Shown: in pieces, positions 1-10,311 of the stretch
How the letters are laid out: each line of letters opens with the position of its first letter
Position numbering within the stretch: position 1 is the stretch's first letter
Assembly (NCBI GenBank): GCA_965197905.1
Contig: CBDAOB010000004.1
Location: forward strand, 1,376,001-1,440,000
Length of the DNA stretch: 64,000 nucleotides
Direction of reading: 5' to 3'
Source: Candidatus Latescibacterota bacterium
GTDB lineage: Bacteria; Latescibacterota; UBA2968; UBA8231
The notes under the pieces: generated by a model
Databases searched by the model: none
The model's input: the letters and a program-made list of their open reading frames with translations, nothing else
What the model was told of the DNA's origin: nothing
Translations under genes and position numbers: made by a program

Positions 1-452
1 GCTTCGTCTTCCGCAATGCGGTTCCGGCGGTGGCCCAGGGTTTCTATCCCGATTCGATCTCCACCGACCTCCACACTACCAGCATGAACGGAGAGATGAT
101 CGATATGGTCACCACCATGTCGAAGTTTTTGGCGATGGGCATGTCGTTGGCAGACGTGGTTCGACTCTCGACCATCGGCGCCGCCCAGGTGATCAATCAT
201 CCGGAACTGGGGCACCTTTCGGTGGGCGCTGTAGCCGACGTGGCAGTACTCAAGGTGCTGTCGGGAAGGTTCGGGTACGCCGACGTAAGCGGCGGCAAAC
301 TGCAGGGCAACCAGCGTTTGACCTGTGAGATGACGCTGAAAGATGGCGAGGTCGTCTACGACTGGAACGCGCGCGCGGCGCTCGATTACCGTGAGATGGG
401 AGACCGCTACGGGCTTCGCGATGTCGATCACATCGTACTACCTGAATCCTGA
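1..452 (+). CDS. Amidohydrolase/dihydroorotase-like metallohydrolase, C-terminal part (5' truncated by window)
   Basis: Open frame from base 3; PDSISTDLH and GHLSVGAVADVAVL motifs typical of the amidohydrolase superfamily C-terminus. Confidence 0.8.
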   Translation, partial: FVFRNAVPAVAQGFYPDSISTDLHTTSMNGEMIDMVTTMSKFLAMGMSLADVVRLSTIGAAQVINHPELGHLSVGAVADVAVLKVLSGRFGYADVSGGKLQGNQRLTCEMTLKDGEVVYDWNARAALDYREMGDRYGLRDVDHIVLPES

Positions 453-492
453 ATCCGCATCCTAAGAGCGTTGTTTCTCAAAGGAAAGAGAC

Positions 493-1308
493 CTGGGAGT
501 ACTGTCTGGAAAAGCGGCTCTGGTAACAGGAGCATCCAAAGGAATCGGCAGCGCCACGGCGATCGCCCTTGCCGAAGCGGGAGCGGACGTGGCGATCAAC
601 TACAGCCGCTCTGACGACGAAGCTTCGGCGGTTGCCGAAGCATGCCGCCGCCATGGCGTGAGCGTCCGTCTCGCGAAGGCAGACGTCGCCGATAAGGGAG
701 AGGTCGATCGCGTCGTGAGTGAGACGATCGACGAATTCGGCGGACTCGACATCGCCGTCTCCAATGCCGCATACAGCGACCGTGAGCTGTTCTATCGGGC
801 CGATATGGAGGGCTTCCGCCGGACCATCGACGTGAGCATGTGGGGTCCGTTCTACCTGGCAAGGGCGGCGGCGATTCATATGGTCGATCGCGGCCAGGGA
901 GGCAACATCGTGGTGGTGAGCTCGCCCCACGCCAACATGGCCGTCCCTGGATCGACGGCGTACAACATGGCCAAGGCGGCCATCGATCATATGGCGCGCA
1001 CCGCCGCGGTGGAGCTTTGCAGCCACCGGATACGCGTTAACATCATCCACCCGGGGTGGATCGACACTCCGGGCGAGCGCAAGCACTTTTCGGAGGAAAC
1101 CATAGCCGAGGAAGGGGCGAAATTGCCCTGGGGGCGCCTTGGAAGGCCCGAAGAGATCGGGCGTGGAGTGGTGTTCCTGTGCGACCCAGCCAACGAATAC
1201 GTGACCGGAAGCACCCTCACCATCGACGGCGGTATTCAACTACCGTTCAGCCAGATGTACCGTCTGGAAAGCGCCCAAGCACAAAGGAAAAATCGGAAGG
1301 GTAACTAG
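493..1308 (+). CDS. Short-chain dehydrogenase/reductase (SDR), probable CTG start
   Basis: TGASKGIG NAD(P) motif lies upstream of the called GTG at 589; YNMAK catalytic motif; in-frame TAA at 463 with no ATG/GTG/TTG between; AAGGAAAGAG precedes CTG at 493. Confidence 0.85.
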   Translation: MGVLSGKAALVTGASKGIGSATAIALAEAGADVAINYSRSDDEASAVAEACRRHGVSVRLAKADVADKGEVDRVVSETIDEFGGLDIAVSNAAYSDRELFYRADMEGFRRTIDVSMWGPFYLARAAAIHMVDRGQGGNIVVVSSPHANMAVPGSTAYNMAKAAIDHMARTAAVELCSHRIRVNIIHPGWIDTPGERKHFSEETIAEEGAKLPWGRLGRPEEIGRGVVFLCDPANEYVTGSTLTIDGGIQLPFSQMYRLESAQAQRKNRKGN

Positions 1309-1310
1309 GC

Positions 1311-2381
1311 TCAGGTCACGGCCATGGTACGCAGGAAGCGATAGTGAGAGGCGACGGCGGCGGTAATCGACCTATAGTTGACATACGGGACCGAGGACTC
1401 TTCGCATGTTCCTCTGACGATCTTGCTTATCGCCGGATAGTGAACATGGCACACCTTCGGGAAGAGGTGGTGTTCGATCTGGAAATTCAATCCGCCGAGG
1501 TACCAGGTAGCCAGTCGGTTGCCGGTGGCGAAATTGGCGGTCGTCTCAACCTCGTGCACTGCCCACTCCTTCTCGACTTCGCGGCTGTCCGCATCGGGGT
1601 TGGGAAAACTGTTTTCTTCCAGCGCGTGAGCTAGCTGGAAAACCAGCGACAGCGTTAGCCCCTGGATCAGGTGTATGCCCACGAAAGCGATTGCTACATA
1701 CAGAGCCGGATGAAAAAGTAGCGGAATGGCGATCATATAGCCGTAGTAGACGACTTTGGACGAGATCAACACACCCCAGTTGGTTGCTGTTGTTTGCGGC
1801 ATCCTGTAGTTGAAGATGCGGCCCGAGATCAGGCGTCGGAAATCCATGGTCGTAACCCAGCTCAGCGTTAGAAAGCCATACAACAGGAAGGCGTAGAGAT
1901 GCTGATAGCGATGCCAACCCCGTCTGACCTGATTCGGACTCAACCGCAGCAAGCCACCGGTGTGCAAATCCTCATCGGCCCCGTGAATGTTGGTGTAGGT
2001 GTGATGGAGAATGTTGTGTTTGTGACGCCAGACCCTGCTGTTGCCGCCTGCCAGATCCAGCGCAAACCCCATGCTTCTGTTGATCAGCTTGCTGCTGGAA
2101 TAGCTGCCGTGGTTGCCGTCGTGCATGATGTTGAGCCCGACGAGGATAAATCCCTGGGCAAGGGCGAAAGCTGCAAGCACTGCCGTAAGCATGGAATCGG
2201 CGAGAAAAACAAGCGCGACATAAGAGCCCGCCAGCCAAGCCACTATAACGGCCGTTTTCACGTACAGGCGCCAGTTTCCGGTCGGCTTAAGGTTGTATTC
2301 TTGAAAATATTCCTCTACCCGACGGGAGACCACTCTCCTGAAATCGCCGCGCTCGGAAAACACCACCTTGTTCTCGGGCAA
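1311..2381 (-). CDS. Membrane fatty acid (acyl-CoA) desaturase
   Basis: Three His boxes HDGNH, HNILHH, QIEHH; hydrophobic segments. Confidence 0.9.
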   Translation of the reverse strand: MPENKVVFSERGDFRRVVSRRVEEYFQEYNLKPTGNWRLYVKTAVIVAWLAGSYVALVFLADSMLTAVLAAFALAQGFILVGLNIMHDGNHGSYSSSKLINRSMGFALDLAGGNSRVWRHKHNILHHTYTNIHGADEDLHTGGLLRLSPNQVRRGWHRYQHLYAFLLYGFLTLSWVTTMDFRRLISGRIFNYRMPQTTATNWGVLISSKVVYYGYMIAIPLLFHPALYVAIAFVGIHLIQGLTLSLVFQLAHALEENSFPNPDADSREVEKEWAVHEVETTANFATGNRLATWYLGGLNFQIEHHLFPKVCHVHYPAISKIVRGTCEESSVPYVNYRSITAAVASHYRFLRTMAVT

Positions 2382-2402
2382 TAAGCTAATGAGGTCCTCC
2401 TC

Positions 2403-3659
2403 TTAACGCCGGGCGCCCGTAGGTGTCGAACGCGCGCCCGTACCCCGCCCACGACCGAACCGGCGCTTGGGCTTGGGTGGCGCAACGCCGGGACGTCGCG
2501 ACGGTTTATCGCCGTGCATCGACGCGATGGCCGCAGAGTGGAACGGTTGATCGGAATCGGTCAGCAAGGAACTCCGCGTCAGCTTTTCTATACCACCGAG
2601 CAACGAGACCTCATCGGCGTTGCAGAGTGAGAGAGCAGTCCCCGCCGATCCTGCGCGAGCGGTGCGTCCGATCCGGTGAACGTAGCTCTTGGGGTCGTCT
2701 GGCATCTCGTAATTGATGACATGGGAGATGCCTTCGACGTCGATTCCCCGGGCGGCGATGTCGGTTGCTACAAGCACCTTGATGCGCCCGCGATCGAAGG
2801 CGCTCAAAGCTCGCTGCCGCGCGGTCTGGCTCTTATTCGAATGAATCGCATCTGCCGTGATCCCGGCTTTCAACAGCTGTTTCGCCACCTTATTAGCCCG
2901 GTGTTTTGTGCGCGTAAATACGAGGGCTCGTCCGGTGGTGTCGCGGCTGAGAATCTCCGTGAGCAGCTGGCGCTTGTCGGTCTGTTCGACAAACATGACC
3001 TGCTGGGTGATTAAATTGGACACGGAGGCAGGTGGTGTCACGGCCACCATCGTAGGATTCTTGAGAATATCAGAAGAAAGCTTGGCAATTTCGGCCGACA
3101 GGGTGGCCGAAAACAACATGGTCTGCCGATCGTTGGCTAGCGTGGCAATAATACGACGCACATCCGGGGCGAACCCCATATCAAGCATGCGATCGGCCTC
3201 GTCGAGTACCAAAATTGTTACCCCGCCCAGATCTGCGTGACCCTGGCGCCATAAATCGAGCAGGCGGCCAGGGGTGGCCACGACGACATCGGCGCGTTTT
3301 AATGCTTTGATCTGAGGGCCGCACGCAACACCTCCAAGTACGACGGCGGTGCGGAAGGACACATGGCGGCCGTAGGTGCGAAAGCTGTCATCGATCTGCA
3401 AAGCCAGCTCGCGAGTAGGGGCAAGTACGAGGGCCCTGATCTGGCCGGAATTTTTGGGACTTTGCTTAGCCAGCCACTGTAGGATCGGCAGCGAAAACGC
3501 CGCGGTTTTACCCGTTCCGGTCTGCGCCGTCGCCAGGAGGTCCTCACCGGCGAGGGCGCACGGAATCGCCTCCTGCTGAATTTCGGTTGGGCGTTCGTAT
3601 CCCTCCTCGGCGAGGGCGCGGAGTAGGACTTTGTTCAATGAGAGATTCTGAAACTGCAT
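2403..3659 (-). CDS. DEAD-box RNA helicase (RhlE-like)
   Basis: AQTGTGKT, PTRELA, DEAD, SAT, ARGID, HRIGRTAR motifs; ATG at 3659 after AGGAG. Confidence 0.95.
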   Translation of the reverse strand: MQFQNLSLNKVLLRALAEEGYERPTEIQQEAIPCALAGEDLLATAQTGTGKTAAFSLPILQWLAKQSPKNSGQIRALVLAPTRELALQIDDSFRTYGRHVSFRTAVVLGGVACGPQIKALKRADVVVATPGRLLDLWRQGHADLGGVTILVLDEADRMLDMGFAPDVRRIIATLANDRQTMLFSATLSAEIAKLSSDILKNPTMVAVTPPASVSNLITQQVMFVEQTDKRQLLTEILSRDTTGRALVFTRTKHRANKVAKQLLKAGITADAIHSNKSQTARQRALSAFDRGRIKVLVATDIAARGIDVEGISHVINYEMPDDPKSYVHRIGRTARAGSAGTALSLCNADEVSLLGGIEKLTRSSLLTDSDQPFHSAAIASMHGDKPSRRPGVAPPKPKRRFGRGRGTGARSTPTGARR

Positions 3660-3792
3660 GTTGCTCCTGTCTTGAGGATCCGAGATTACGGCGACGTGCA
3701 AACGGCGAGGCCATCAAGACAAACCGAAATGCCAAATATGGACGCAGAGAATCGCGGTGAGATAAAAGGTAGGTGTTTTTCTAACTGCGCGT

Positions 3793-3821
3793 AACATAAC
3801 GGTTATGTTTTAGTTACGCAA
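3793..3821 (-). promoter_or_regulatory. Sigma70-type promoter of helicase-desaturase operon overlapped by palindrome AACATAAC-G-GTTATGTT
   Basis: TTGCGT-17-TATGTT on minus strand; perfect 8-bp inverted repeat at 3793-3809. Confidence 0.55.
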
Positions 3822-3936
3822 GGCCACACCCTTGAGGTGGAGAGCTGTCCTGATTATATAGCCTTGGTCGGTCGTATAGGAGCCACAAGGGAGCCGAAGG
3901 CACCGTTCAACGCATCTGGCCGCGGAAAGGCGGGTT

Positions 3937-4992
3937 GTGCCAAGCATAGAAGTACTCGATAGCGGCATTCTCGATCACACCGATTCGGCCTTTCCGACCT
4001 TGGTGCGGTTGGACGACGGCGCCGTCATTTGCGGTTTCAGCAGGGGAGGTGGCGCCCATGTTTCGGGGGGCACCCACTGCTCGCGGTGCGCCGATGATGG
4101 GCTTACATGGAACTACCAAGGTGTGATTCTCGAACCTGAATCCGAACCGCTGCAGACCAATCATCTGCGACTCAGCCGCACCGGTGACGGGACGTTGCTC
4201 GCTTATGGCCAGCGCGATCTGAAGGCCCAAACCGCCGATGACGTGAAATACGTATCGTGTGATCCGGTATTGTGCCGCTCCGCTGACGAGGGCCGCAGCT
4301 GGTCGCCACCGCAGGTGATCCCGTTCAAAATACCCGGCCCATACGAGATCTCCAATCCCATAGTCGTCACGGAGGACAACCGCTGGCTGGCACCGGCGGC
4401 TACCTTCCACGAAGGCAGGTACGGTGAACGGGTCGTTCTGCACCAGTCCTCGGACCTGGGCGCAACCTGGCCGATCATGTATACCGTATTCGAGGATGCC
4501 AACCCGCACATCGGATATCTCGAGCAGAAGGTGATCGAATGCGAGCCACCCGGGCTGCTGGCAACGGCATGGGTGCAGGATTACGAACGCGACACCGATC
4601 TGACCAATCGATACAGCTTTTCGCACGATGGCGGGCGCACCTGGGATGGACCTCATGAAACCGGTATTCAGGGCCAGACCATGACACCGATCTGGCTGGC
4701 CGACGATCGTTTTCTTGTGCTCTATAACCGGCGTTTGGGCCAGCAAAGCGTGCAGATGTGCCTGGTACGGCCCGCCGGCGCCCGCTGGGACGTAGAGTTC
4801 GAAGCGACGATGTACGACGGCCATACCCAATTGGAGCTGACCAAAGAGGTCAGCAGCCAGGAGCAGATCGGCCTGATCCGCTTTGGCTTCCCTACGGCCC
4901 TGCGTCTCGACCGCGAGAATTTTCTGGCAACCCATTGGTGCGAGGAGGACGGCGCCTGCGCGATTCGTTGGACTCGGTTGCGTGTAACCTAG
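3937..4992 (+). CDS. Sialidase-like/BNR (Asp-box) beta-propeller protein
   Basis: Repeated SxDxGxTW-type Asp boxes (ADDGLTW, SADEGRSW, SSDLGATW, SHDGGRTW). Confidence 0.8.
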   Translation: MPSIEVLDSGILDHTDSAFPTLVRLDDGAVICGFSRGGGAHVSGGTHCSRCADDGLTWNYQGVILEPESEPLQTNHLRLSRTGDGTLLAYGQRDLKAQTADDVKYVSCDPVLCRSADEGRSWSPPQVIPFKIPGPYEISNPIVVTEDNRWLAPAATFHEGRYGERVVLHQSSDLGATWPIMYTVFEDANPHIGYLEQKVIECEPPGLLATAWVQDYERDTDLTNRYSFSHDGGRTWDGPHETGIQGQTMTPIWLADDRFLVLYNRRLGQQSVQMCLVRPAGARWDVEFEATMYDGHTQLELTKEVSSQEQIGLIRFGFPTALRLDRENFLATHWCEEDGACAIRWTRLRVT

Positions 4993-4996
4993 GAAG

Positions 4997-6346
4997 GTGA
5001 CCATGGACTGGACCAAAGAAGGTGGGGAAGCGGTTGATCGGCTCTGTCGCATGATTCGTTTCGATACCACCAACCCTCCGGGGAACGAGCTCGAGCTCGC
5101 CCGTGCCTTGGCAATGGAAATACGGCAAGAGGGCCTCGACGCCGAGGTGTTGGAATCACGGGAGAACCGGGGCAACCTGGCCGTTCGTCTGCGTGGGGAT
5201 GGCAGTGAGCGACCGATCCTGTTCTTGTCCCACCTCGACGTAGTGCCGGCCGAGCCGGATAAATGGACCCAGCCACCGTTCGCCGGCTCCGTTGCCGATG
5301 GTTACGTATGGGGCCGCGGGTCGGTCGACTCCAAGCTGACCGGTGCCGTGCAGCTGCAGACCTTGTTCATGGCGCATCGCTTGAAGCTGCCGCTGAAACG
5401 AGATCTCGTACTGGTGGCGGCAGCGGATGAGGAACAAAGCCAGGGGTTCGGGGTCGACTGGCTAGTGCAGAACCATCCCCGTTTGTTCGACGCGGAATAT
5501 GGGATCAACGAAGGGGGTGGATTTGCGGTAGTGATCGACGGACAACCGGTGTACGGATGTCAGGTGGGGGAGAAGGGGAGCGCATCGGTTGATCTGGTGA
5601 CTCGAGGGAAACCGGGGCACGGCTCGGTGCCCCACGACGAGAATGCGATCGTGTCACTGGGGCCCGTCCTGGCGCGCCTGGGCGCACGGAAGTTGCCTCA
5701 TCACCCGCCCCCCAGCGTGCGCGCATTCTTCGAATATTCGGCTCGGGCCCAGTCCAACGAGCAGGTGGCGGAGCTGCTGCGCGCGGTAGTCGATCCTTCC
5801 AGCTGCGACGTCGCCCTGGCCGAACTTCCGGTGTTGGAGCGCGACCGGCTGATGTTGGACGCCATGGTCCGCAATACCTGCGCGCCGACCATGTTGCAGT
5901 CAGGACTCAAACGGAATGTAATCCCATCGGAAGCCCGGGCTTGTTTGAGTGGGCGGCCGCTCCCAGGCGCCACTGAAGCGGAGTTTATGACCGAATTGCA
6001 CGAAGTCCTTGGCGATGCGGTGGAGCTGGACCTGACCGAACCGTTTCACACCGGCGTTGAATTCGATCACGAGACCCCCCTGTTTGGCGCCTTGACCACC
6101 GCGATGCAGGCGTTCGAGCCGGGTGCCACCGTGGTGCCCTATATGCAGACGGGAGGTACGGACGCGCGCTTCCTGACCGATTTCGACCTGCATATCTACG
6201 GGTTCATTCCCATGCGTCACGAGCCGGGTCCCGGGTTTTTCGAGTTGTGCCACGGACACGATGAGCGTGTGTCCGTGAGCAACGTGACCCTCGCGGTTCA
6301 GGTGTTGTTCGAAGCCGTGCGGTTACTGAACGGAATAGGACGTTAG
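4997..6346 (+). CDS. M20/M25/M40 family metallopeptidase/deacylase
   Basis: SHLDVVPA, GRGSVDSK, ADEE, NEGGG, GGTDAR, HGHDER motifs. Confidence 0.9.
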   Translation: MTMDWTKEGGEAVDRLCRMIRFDTTNPPGNELELARALAMEIRQEGLDAEVLESRENRGNLAVRLRGDGSERPILFLSHLDVVPAEPDKWTQPPFAGSVADGYVWGRGSVDSKLTGAVQLQTLFMAHRLKLPLKRDLVLVAAADEEQSQGFGVDWLVQNHPRLFDAEYGINEGGGFAVVIDGQPVYGCQVGEKGSASVDLVTRGKPGHGSVPHDENAIVSLGPVLARLGARKLPHHPPPSVRAFFEYSARAQSNEQVAELLRAVVDPSSCDVALAELPVLERDRLMLDAMVRNTCAPTMLQSGLKRNVIPSEARACLSGRPLPGATEAEFMTELHEVLGDAVELDLTEPFHTGVEFDHETPLFGALTTAMQAFEPGATVVPYMQTGGTDARFLTDFDLHIYGFIPMRHEPGPGFFELCHGHDERVSVSNVTLAVQVLFEAVRLLNGIGR

Positions 6347-6357
6347 GGGGTTTCGAC

Positions 6358-7383
6358 ATGCGACCATTTCTGGATTCGACGGAGATCTCGGATCAGCCTT
6401 CCGAGCTGAATGCGCGCATGGGACGAGACGGGTACCTATTCATTCGCGGGCTGCTGCCCCCGGCCGTGCTGGAAAGCTTGCGACTGCAGATGCTCGGCAT
6501 TGCTCGCGACGCAGGATGGGTCGCCACTGATTCTCCATTAGAGAAGGGGGTCGCCAATCTCGCCGGATTCTGCGTCGAGCCGGAACAAAAGTACATGCAG
6601 GTCTATGAGCACTTTTACCGCCTGGAGGAATTCCACGCCGTGCAGCATCATCCCAGTCTGCTCGGACTGGTGGAAAGAATGGCGGGAGAACCTATCATGC
6701 CCCACCCTAGCATTATCGGGCGCATCATCTTCCCCCAGCGGGAAGCGTATACCACGCCGGCGCATCAAGATTTCGTATCCGTGCAGGGGGCCGTCGACAC
6801 CTTTACGGCATGGATTCCTTTGAGCGCCGTACCGCCCCAGCTGGGAGGGTTGCAGCTCGCCGCCGGCTCTCATCTAAGCGGGGTGTACGATTTTCGGCCG
6901 GCGTTGGGTGCGGGCGGTCTTGAAATCGTCGACCCGCTCGCCGGCCGTTGGGTCAACACCCCGTTCGAGCAGGGAGATGTGCTTTTGTTTCACAGCATGA
7001 CCGCACACAAGGGCCTGCCCAACACCACCAACTGCTTGCGGTTGTCGCTGGATGCCCGCTTTCAGAAAATCTCCGATCCGATTGAAGCCGGCTGCCTCGA
7101 GCCGCACAGCCAGCCCAATTCCTGGGAGAAGGTCTACGCCGACTGGCAGTCCGACCGCCACCGGTACTTCTGGAGGAAGTGGGATCTACAGACGGTGGAA
7201 TTCGACGACTGCTACAATGAAAGGCGGGACCGGATGGCGCTTGAGATGGCGGCCAACGGAGATCAGCGAGCACGCTCGGCGCTGCAACGAATGGCCGCAC
7301 GCGACGACGACCTAGGCAAGCGCAACCAGGCCGAAGCGATGCTTGCCCGGCTGGACGGCCAAGAAGGCAGCCCCACGGCCTGA
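6358..7383 (+). CDS. Phytanoyl-CoA dioxygenase (PhyH) family Fe(II)/2-oxoglutarate dioxygenase
   Basis: HQD motif, GDVLLFHSMTAH, RLSLDARF. Confidence 0.85.
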   Translation: MRPFLDSTEISDQPSELNARMGRDGYLFIRGLLPPAVLESLRLQMLGIARDAGWVATDSPLEKGVANLAGFCVEPEQKYMQVYEHFYRLEEFHAVQHHPSLLGLVERMAGEPIMPHPSIIGRIIFPQREAYTTPAHQDFVSVQGAVDTFTAWIPLSAVPPQLGGLQLAAGSHLSGVYDFRPALGAGGLEIVDPLAGRWVNTPFEQGDVLLFHSMTAHKGLPNTTNCLRLSLDARFQKISDPIEAGCLEPHSQPNSWEKVYADWQSDRHRYFWRKWDLQTVEFDDCYNERRDRMALEMAANGDQRARSALQRMAARDDDLGKRNQAEAMLARLDGQEGSPTA

Positions 7384-7447
7384 AGGTGAAGAGACGCGGG
7401 TTAACCCCGCATCTTCGCAGTGATCCGATTAAATTCGCCGCCTGCAC

Positions 7448-8704
7448 TCAGGCAGGTGTCGTCGACTCCGAGCGCCGTACCGTTTGGCCGTTGCGCGTCG
7501 CCCCGTATAGCTGCTCGAACGCCGGGCCGCCATCGTCGACCATCACCTCAAGATTTGAGCCAGCTTCGCAAATCGGCATTCCGTCTCTGACATACGTGCC
7601 GTGTAGCACGGACTTGGAGGCACAACCGTAATACGTGACCTCGCCGCTGGCTCGAGAGTAGCGATAGAGATGTTTGGGGGGCTTCACGTCGTCGTGATCG
7701 ACGGCGTACTTGCGCAAGGCCGTTTCATCGACCTCGACACCGAGACCTGGTTCGTCGGGGACGGGGTAATAACCGCCTCGCACTTCGATCGGCTGCTCGA
7801 CCAGCTGGCTTTCCCAAATGTTCATGCTGGTGATCGATGGCCAGCGCGCATGGGAGCAAACCGCCGCGACGTGCGCCGCCCAGGTCGTGGTAATGCCCGT
7901 GCCGACCATCTGCAACCAGAACGGCTTGTTGGCCAGCTCACAGACGGTCGCCATTTTCAACAGCTCTTTTGCGGGACCCCCGAGAATAAAACCATCCGTT
8001 ACATCCTGCGTTATCGCCGTGGCTATGGGCGGATCGCCGATGTGCATCGCAATGGGCCGGTTCAACCGCCGGCGGATCTGCTGATTCCCAGCCACGTCTT
8101 TTTGCGGAATGGGCGTTTCGATCATCGCCACTTGCTCGTACTGCTCGAGGGATTTCAACAGCGGCAGCGCCTGCGCCGCCGTCACCAGCGAGCCGTTGAA
8201 ATCCAGGTCCAGGCGGAACTGAGGAGGAATAACCTCTATGATTGCACGAATTCCGGCGTGCAGATCGTACATTGTTCGGGTTTTGAGTTTTGCCGTCGTG
8301 TATCCGAGCGCTACCGCCTCCGCACACTGTTGGGCCCAGCCCGCGGCGGGCATGTCGATGGTCCACCAGGAGATGGGGCACCAGTCCCTCACCTTGGTGC
8401 CCAACAGCCGGTGAACCGGCACGTTGAGGTTCTTGCCCACCGCGTCGAACAGGGCGATCTGCACGGCGTATCCCAATTCGTCTTGCCACAGCAGCGAGGC
8501 GGCCTCTCTGCCAACGATCCTGTCGGCGACATCTACGGGTATCGCTCCCATCGCGTGTTTGACCGATTCCCCCCAGCCGACCACGCCGTTGTCCATGACC
8601 AGCCGGCACACCTGTATGATGCGCCATTGGGGAATCCAGTACTGCAGGTGGTCGTTGGTGTGGGGAACTTCGAGGGTTGTGATCTCTACACGTTCGATTT
8701 TCAT
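7448..8704 (-). CDS. Mandelate racemase/muconate lactonizing enzyme (enolase superfamily)
   Basis: GWGES, ALFDAVGK, KLK, LDFNG, C-terminal PDEPGLGVEVD. Confidence 0.85.
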   Translation of the reverse strand: MKIERVEITTLEVPHTNDHLQYWIPQWRIIQVCRLVMDNGVVGWGESVKHAMGAIPVDVADRIVGREAASLLWQDELGYAVQIALFDAVGKNLNVPVHRLLGTKVRDWCPISWWTIDMPAAGWAQQCAEAVALGYTTAKLKTRTMYDLHAGIRAIIEVIPPQFRLDLDFNGSLVTAAQALPLLKSLEQYEQVAMIETPIPQKDVAGNQQIRRRLNRPIAMHIGDPPIATAITQDVTDGFILGGPAKELLKMATVCELANKPFWLQMVGTGITTTWAAHVAAVCSHARWPSITSMNIWESQLVEQPIEVRGGYYPVPDEPGLGVEVDETALRKYAVDHDDVKPPKHLYRYSRASGEVTYYGCASKSVLHGTYVRDGMPICEAGSNLEVMVDDGGPAFEQLYGATRNGQTVRRSESTTPA

Positions 8705-8728
8705 GGCGAATACTCCCTTGCGCGATGC

Positions 8729-10228
8729 TCAGATCGTGACCGAGAATAATCGCGCTCTGCACAGGTGAAACCGCAGCGAAACCTGCCGGCCCTTGAGCTC
8801 GGACAGGTCGGAGCTTCCCTTCCAGGTTACGACCCGGTCCAGTTCATCCCCCACCAGTACGTCGGCCTCGTCGAACCCGAATCCGGCGAAGGGCTCCACC
8901 GGCTGCGGCGGCGTCACCGGTGGGTGAACGATCTCCACCCGTACCCAGCCCCCCGTTTCCGTTTCGTAGTTCAAACGCATCTCGCTACCGTGACAGTCCC
9001 GCTGCACGGTCGTGAAACGCGCTTCTGCCAGCGCTTCCAACGCCACTAACCGGTCCCGTTTCCACAGGGCCCAGCGAAATTCACTTCTCGGGTCCCCTTC
9101 ACCACCGTCTGCGGTATAGGTCAGGAAATCGTGGCGTTTGCTGGACCCTGTGAACAGCAGCGCCCACTCCTCGTCATTGAGGGCCACCAGATGGCGCCGC
9201 GCGTAGACCGACTCGTATTCGCCGCGCTCAATGATCGGCACGCGCTCGGGGCGGCTCCACAAGAATCCATCGCGACTGGTCGCCATCTGCACATCTACCG
9301 TGGAGGTGCAACGGTGATAGAACGGCAGGAACATCAGATGCAGATTCCCGTGAGGGTGGCGGCAGTACGCACAGCTGTAGACATCCACGTCGATGGGATC
9401 CTGGGGGTCAGGTTTGAAGACGAACTGCGGTTCCTCCCAACCCTGGTCGAACTGATTGGATGTGCTGCGGCGTATGCACCGGCGGCGCTCGGAATGCCCC
9501 CTGTGGTAGGCGACGTACTCGGCCTTCTCCTCGTCGTAGGTGGTGTAATACTCTCCGTCGAGGGTTAACGAACCCAAGTCTCGCAGCGGCGTTTCCAGGG
9601 CGGTCCACCGGAACCCGTCGGGCGAGACGGCGCCTTTGATGACCTGGTGCATCTGGAGCTTTTCCTTGATTTGGTCCGGCCCCATGCCCTCATGCTGCAT
9701 CGCCGTCCGCATTTCGTAGTAGTGCTCTTTCGTGAGGTTGGGATTTGCTTTGCCGTCGGCGAAGATCATGCCACTGGGCACAGTGGACTTGTAGCGTTCA
9801 CCTGGGGGCGCCGTTGGATCTTTGAACACACACCTGAGCCAGAAGTACTCGGTGGGGTGCAACAGGTTGTTGGCCGTGGAGCCGTTGTATTCGACCAAGC
9901 CCAGTTCCGGCTTGTGCCAGGTATACCCGTCGGTGGTCTCGGCGTACGCCTGATAGCTGATTCCGTCCTCACCCTTGCTCTGATACCAAACCTTGAGCCT
10001 GCCGTCGTCGGGAAAGGCGAAGCCCGGTATCATGCCCCCTCTCTCCCACGGATGTTCAGCTTCGCTGAAAATCGGCTCAGACCAGCGGGCGGGTTGTATC
10101 TTCAGCTGCAGCTCACCCAACGGCGGATCCTGAATCCAGCTGAGTCCGTCTTGCCCAACGCCACCGTGTCCGGCCCAGATGCCGTACCAATCGACGAAGG
10201 GGATGGTTTGAGGTTGCATCTGGCTCAT
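8729..10228 (-). CDS. Hypothetical protein, glycoside hydrolase-like beta-propeller
   Basis: AYAETTDGYTWHKPELG, SPDGFRWT, SRDGFLWS repeats; family assignment uncertain. Confidence 0.6.
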   Translation of the reverse strand: MSQMQPQTIPFVDWYGIWAGHGGVGQDGLSWIQDPPLGELQLKIQPARWSEPIFSEAEHPWERGGMIPGFAFPDDGRLKVWYQSKGEDGISYQAYAETTDGYTWHKPELGLVEYNGSTANNLLHPTEYFWLRCVFKDPTAPPGERYKSTVPSGMIFADGKANPNLTKEHYYEMRTAMQHEGMGPDQIKEKLQMHQVIKGAVSPDGFRWTALETPLRDLGSLTLDGEYYTTYDEEKAEYVAYHRGHSERRRCIRRSTSNQFDQGWEEPQFVFKPDPQDPIDVDVYSCAYCRHPHGNLHLMFLPFYHRCTSTVDVQMATSRDGFLWSRPERVPIIERGEYESVYARRHLVALNDEEWALLFTGSSKRHDFLTYTADGGEGDPRSEFRWALWKRDRLVALEALAEARFTTVQRDCHGSEMRLNYETETGGWVRVEIVHPPVTPPQPVEPFAGFGFDEADVLVGDELDRVVTWKGSSDLSELKGRQVSLRFHLCRARLFSVTI

Positions 10229-10311
10229 ACTCTTTCCTCGGAAGGAGGTTTATATGTTGGAGTAGGGGTTGGTCGACGACGACAGCCCGAACCTGCAAAC
10301 GTCTCAGAGCC

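Noticed and set aside
3907..5175. Long opposite-strand or alternate-frame ORFs (this one, 7670-8749, 23713-24759, 46830-47819, 60904-62106 and others)
   Set aside because: Shadow ORFs of high-GC coding sequence overlapping genes with clear family motifs
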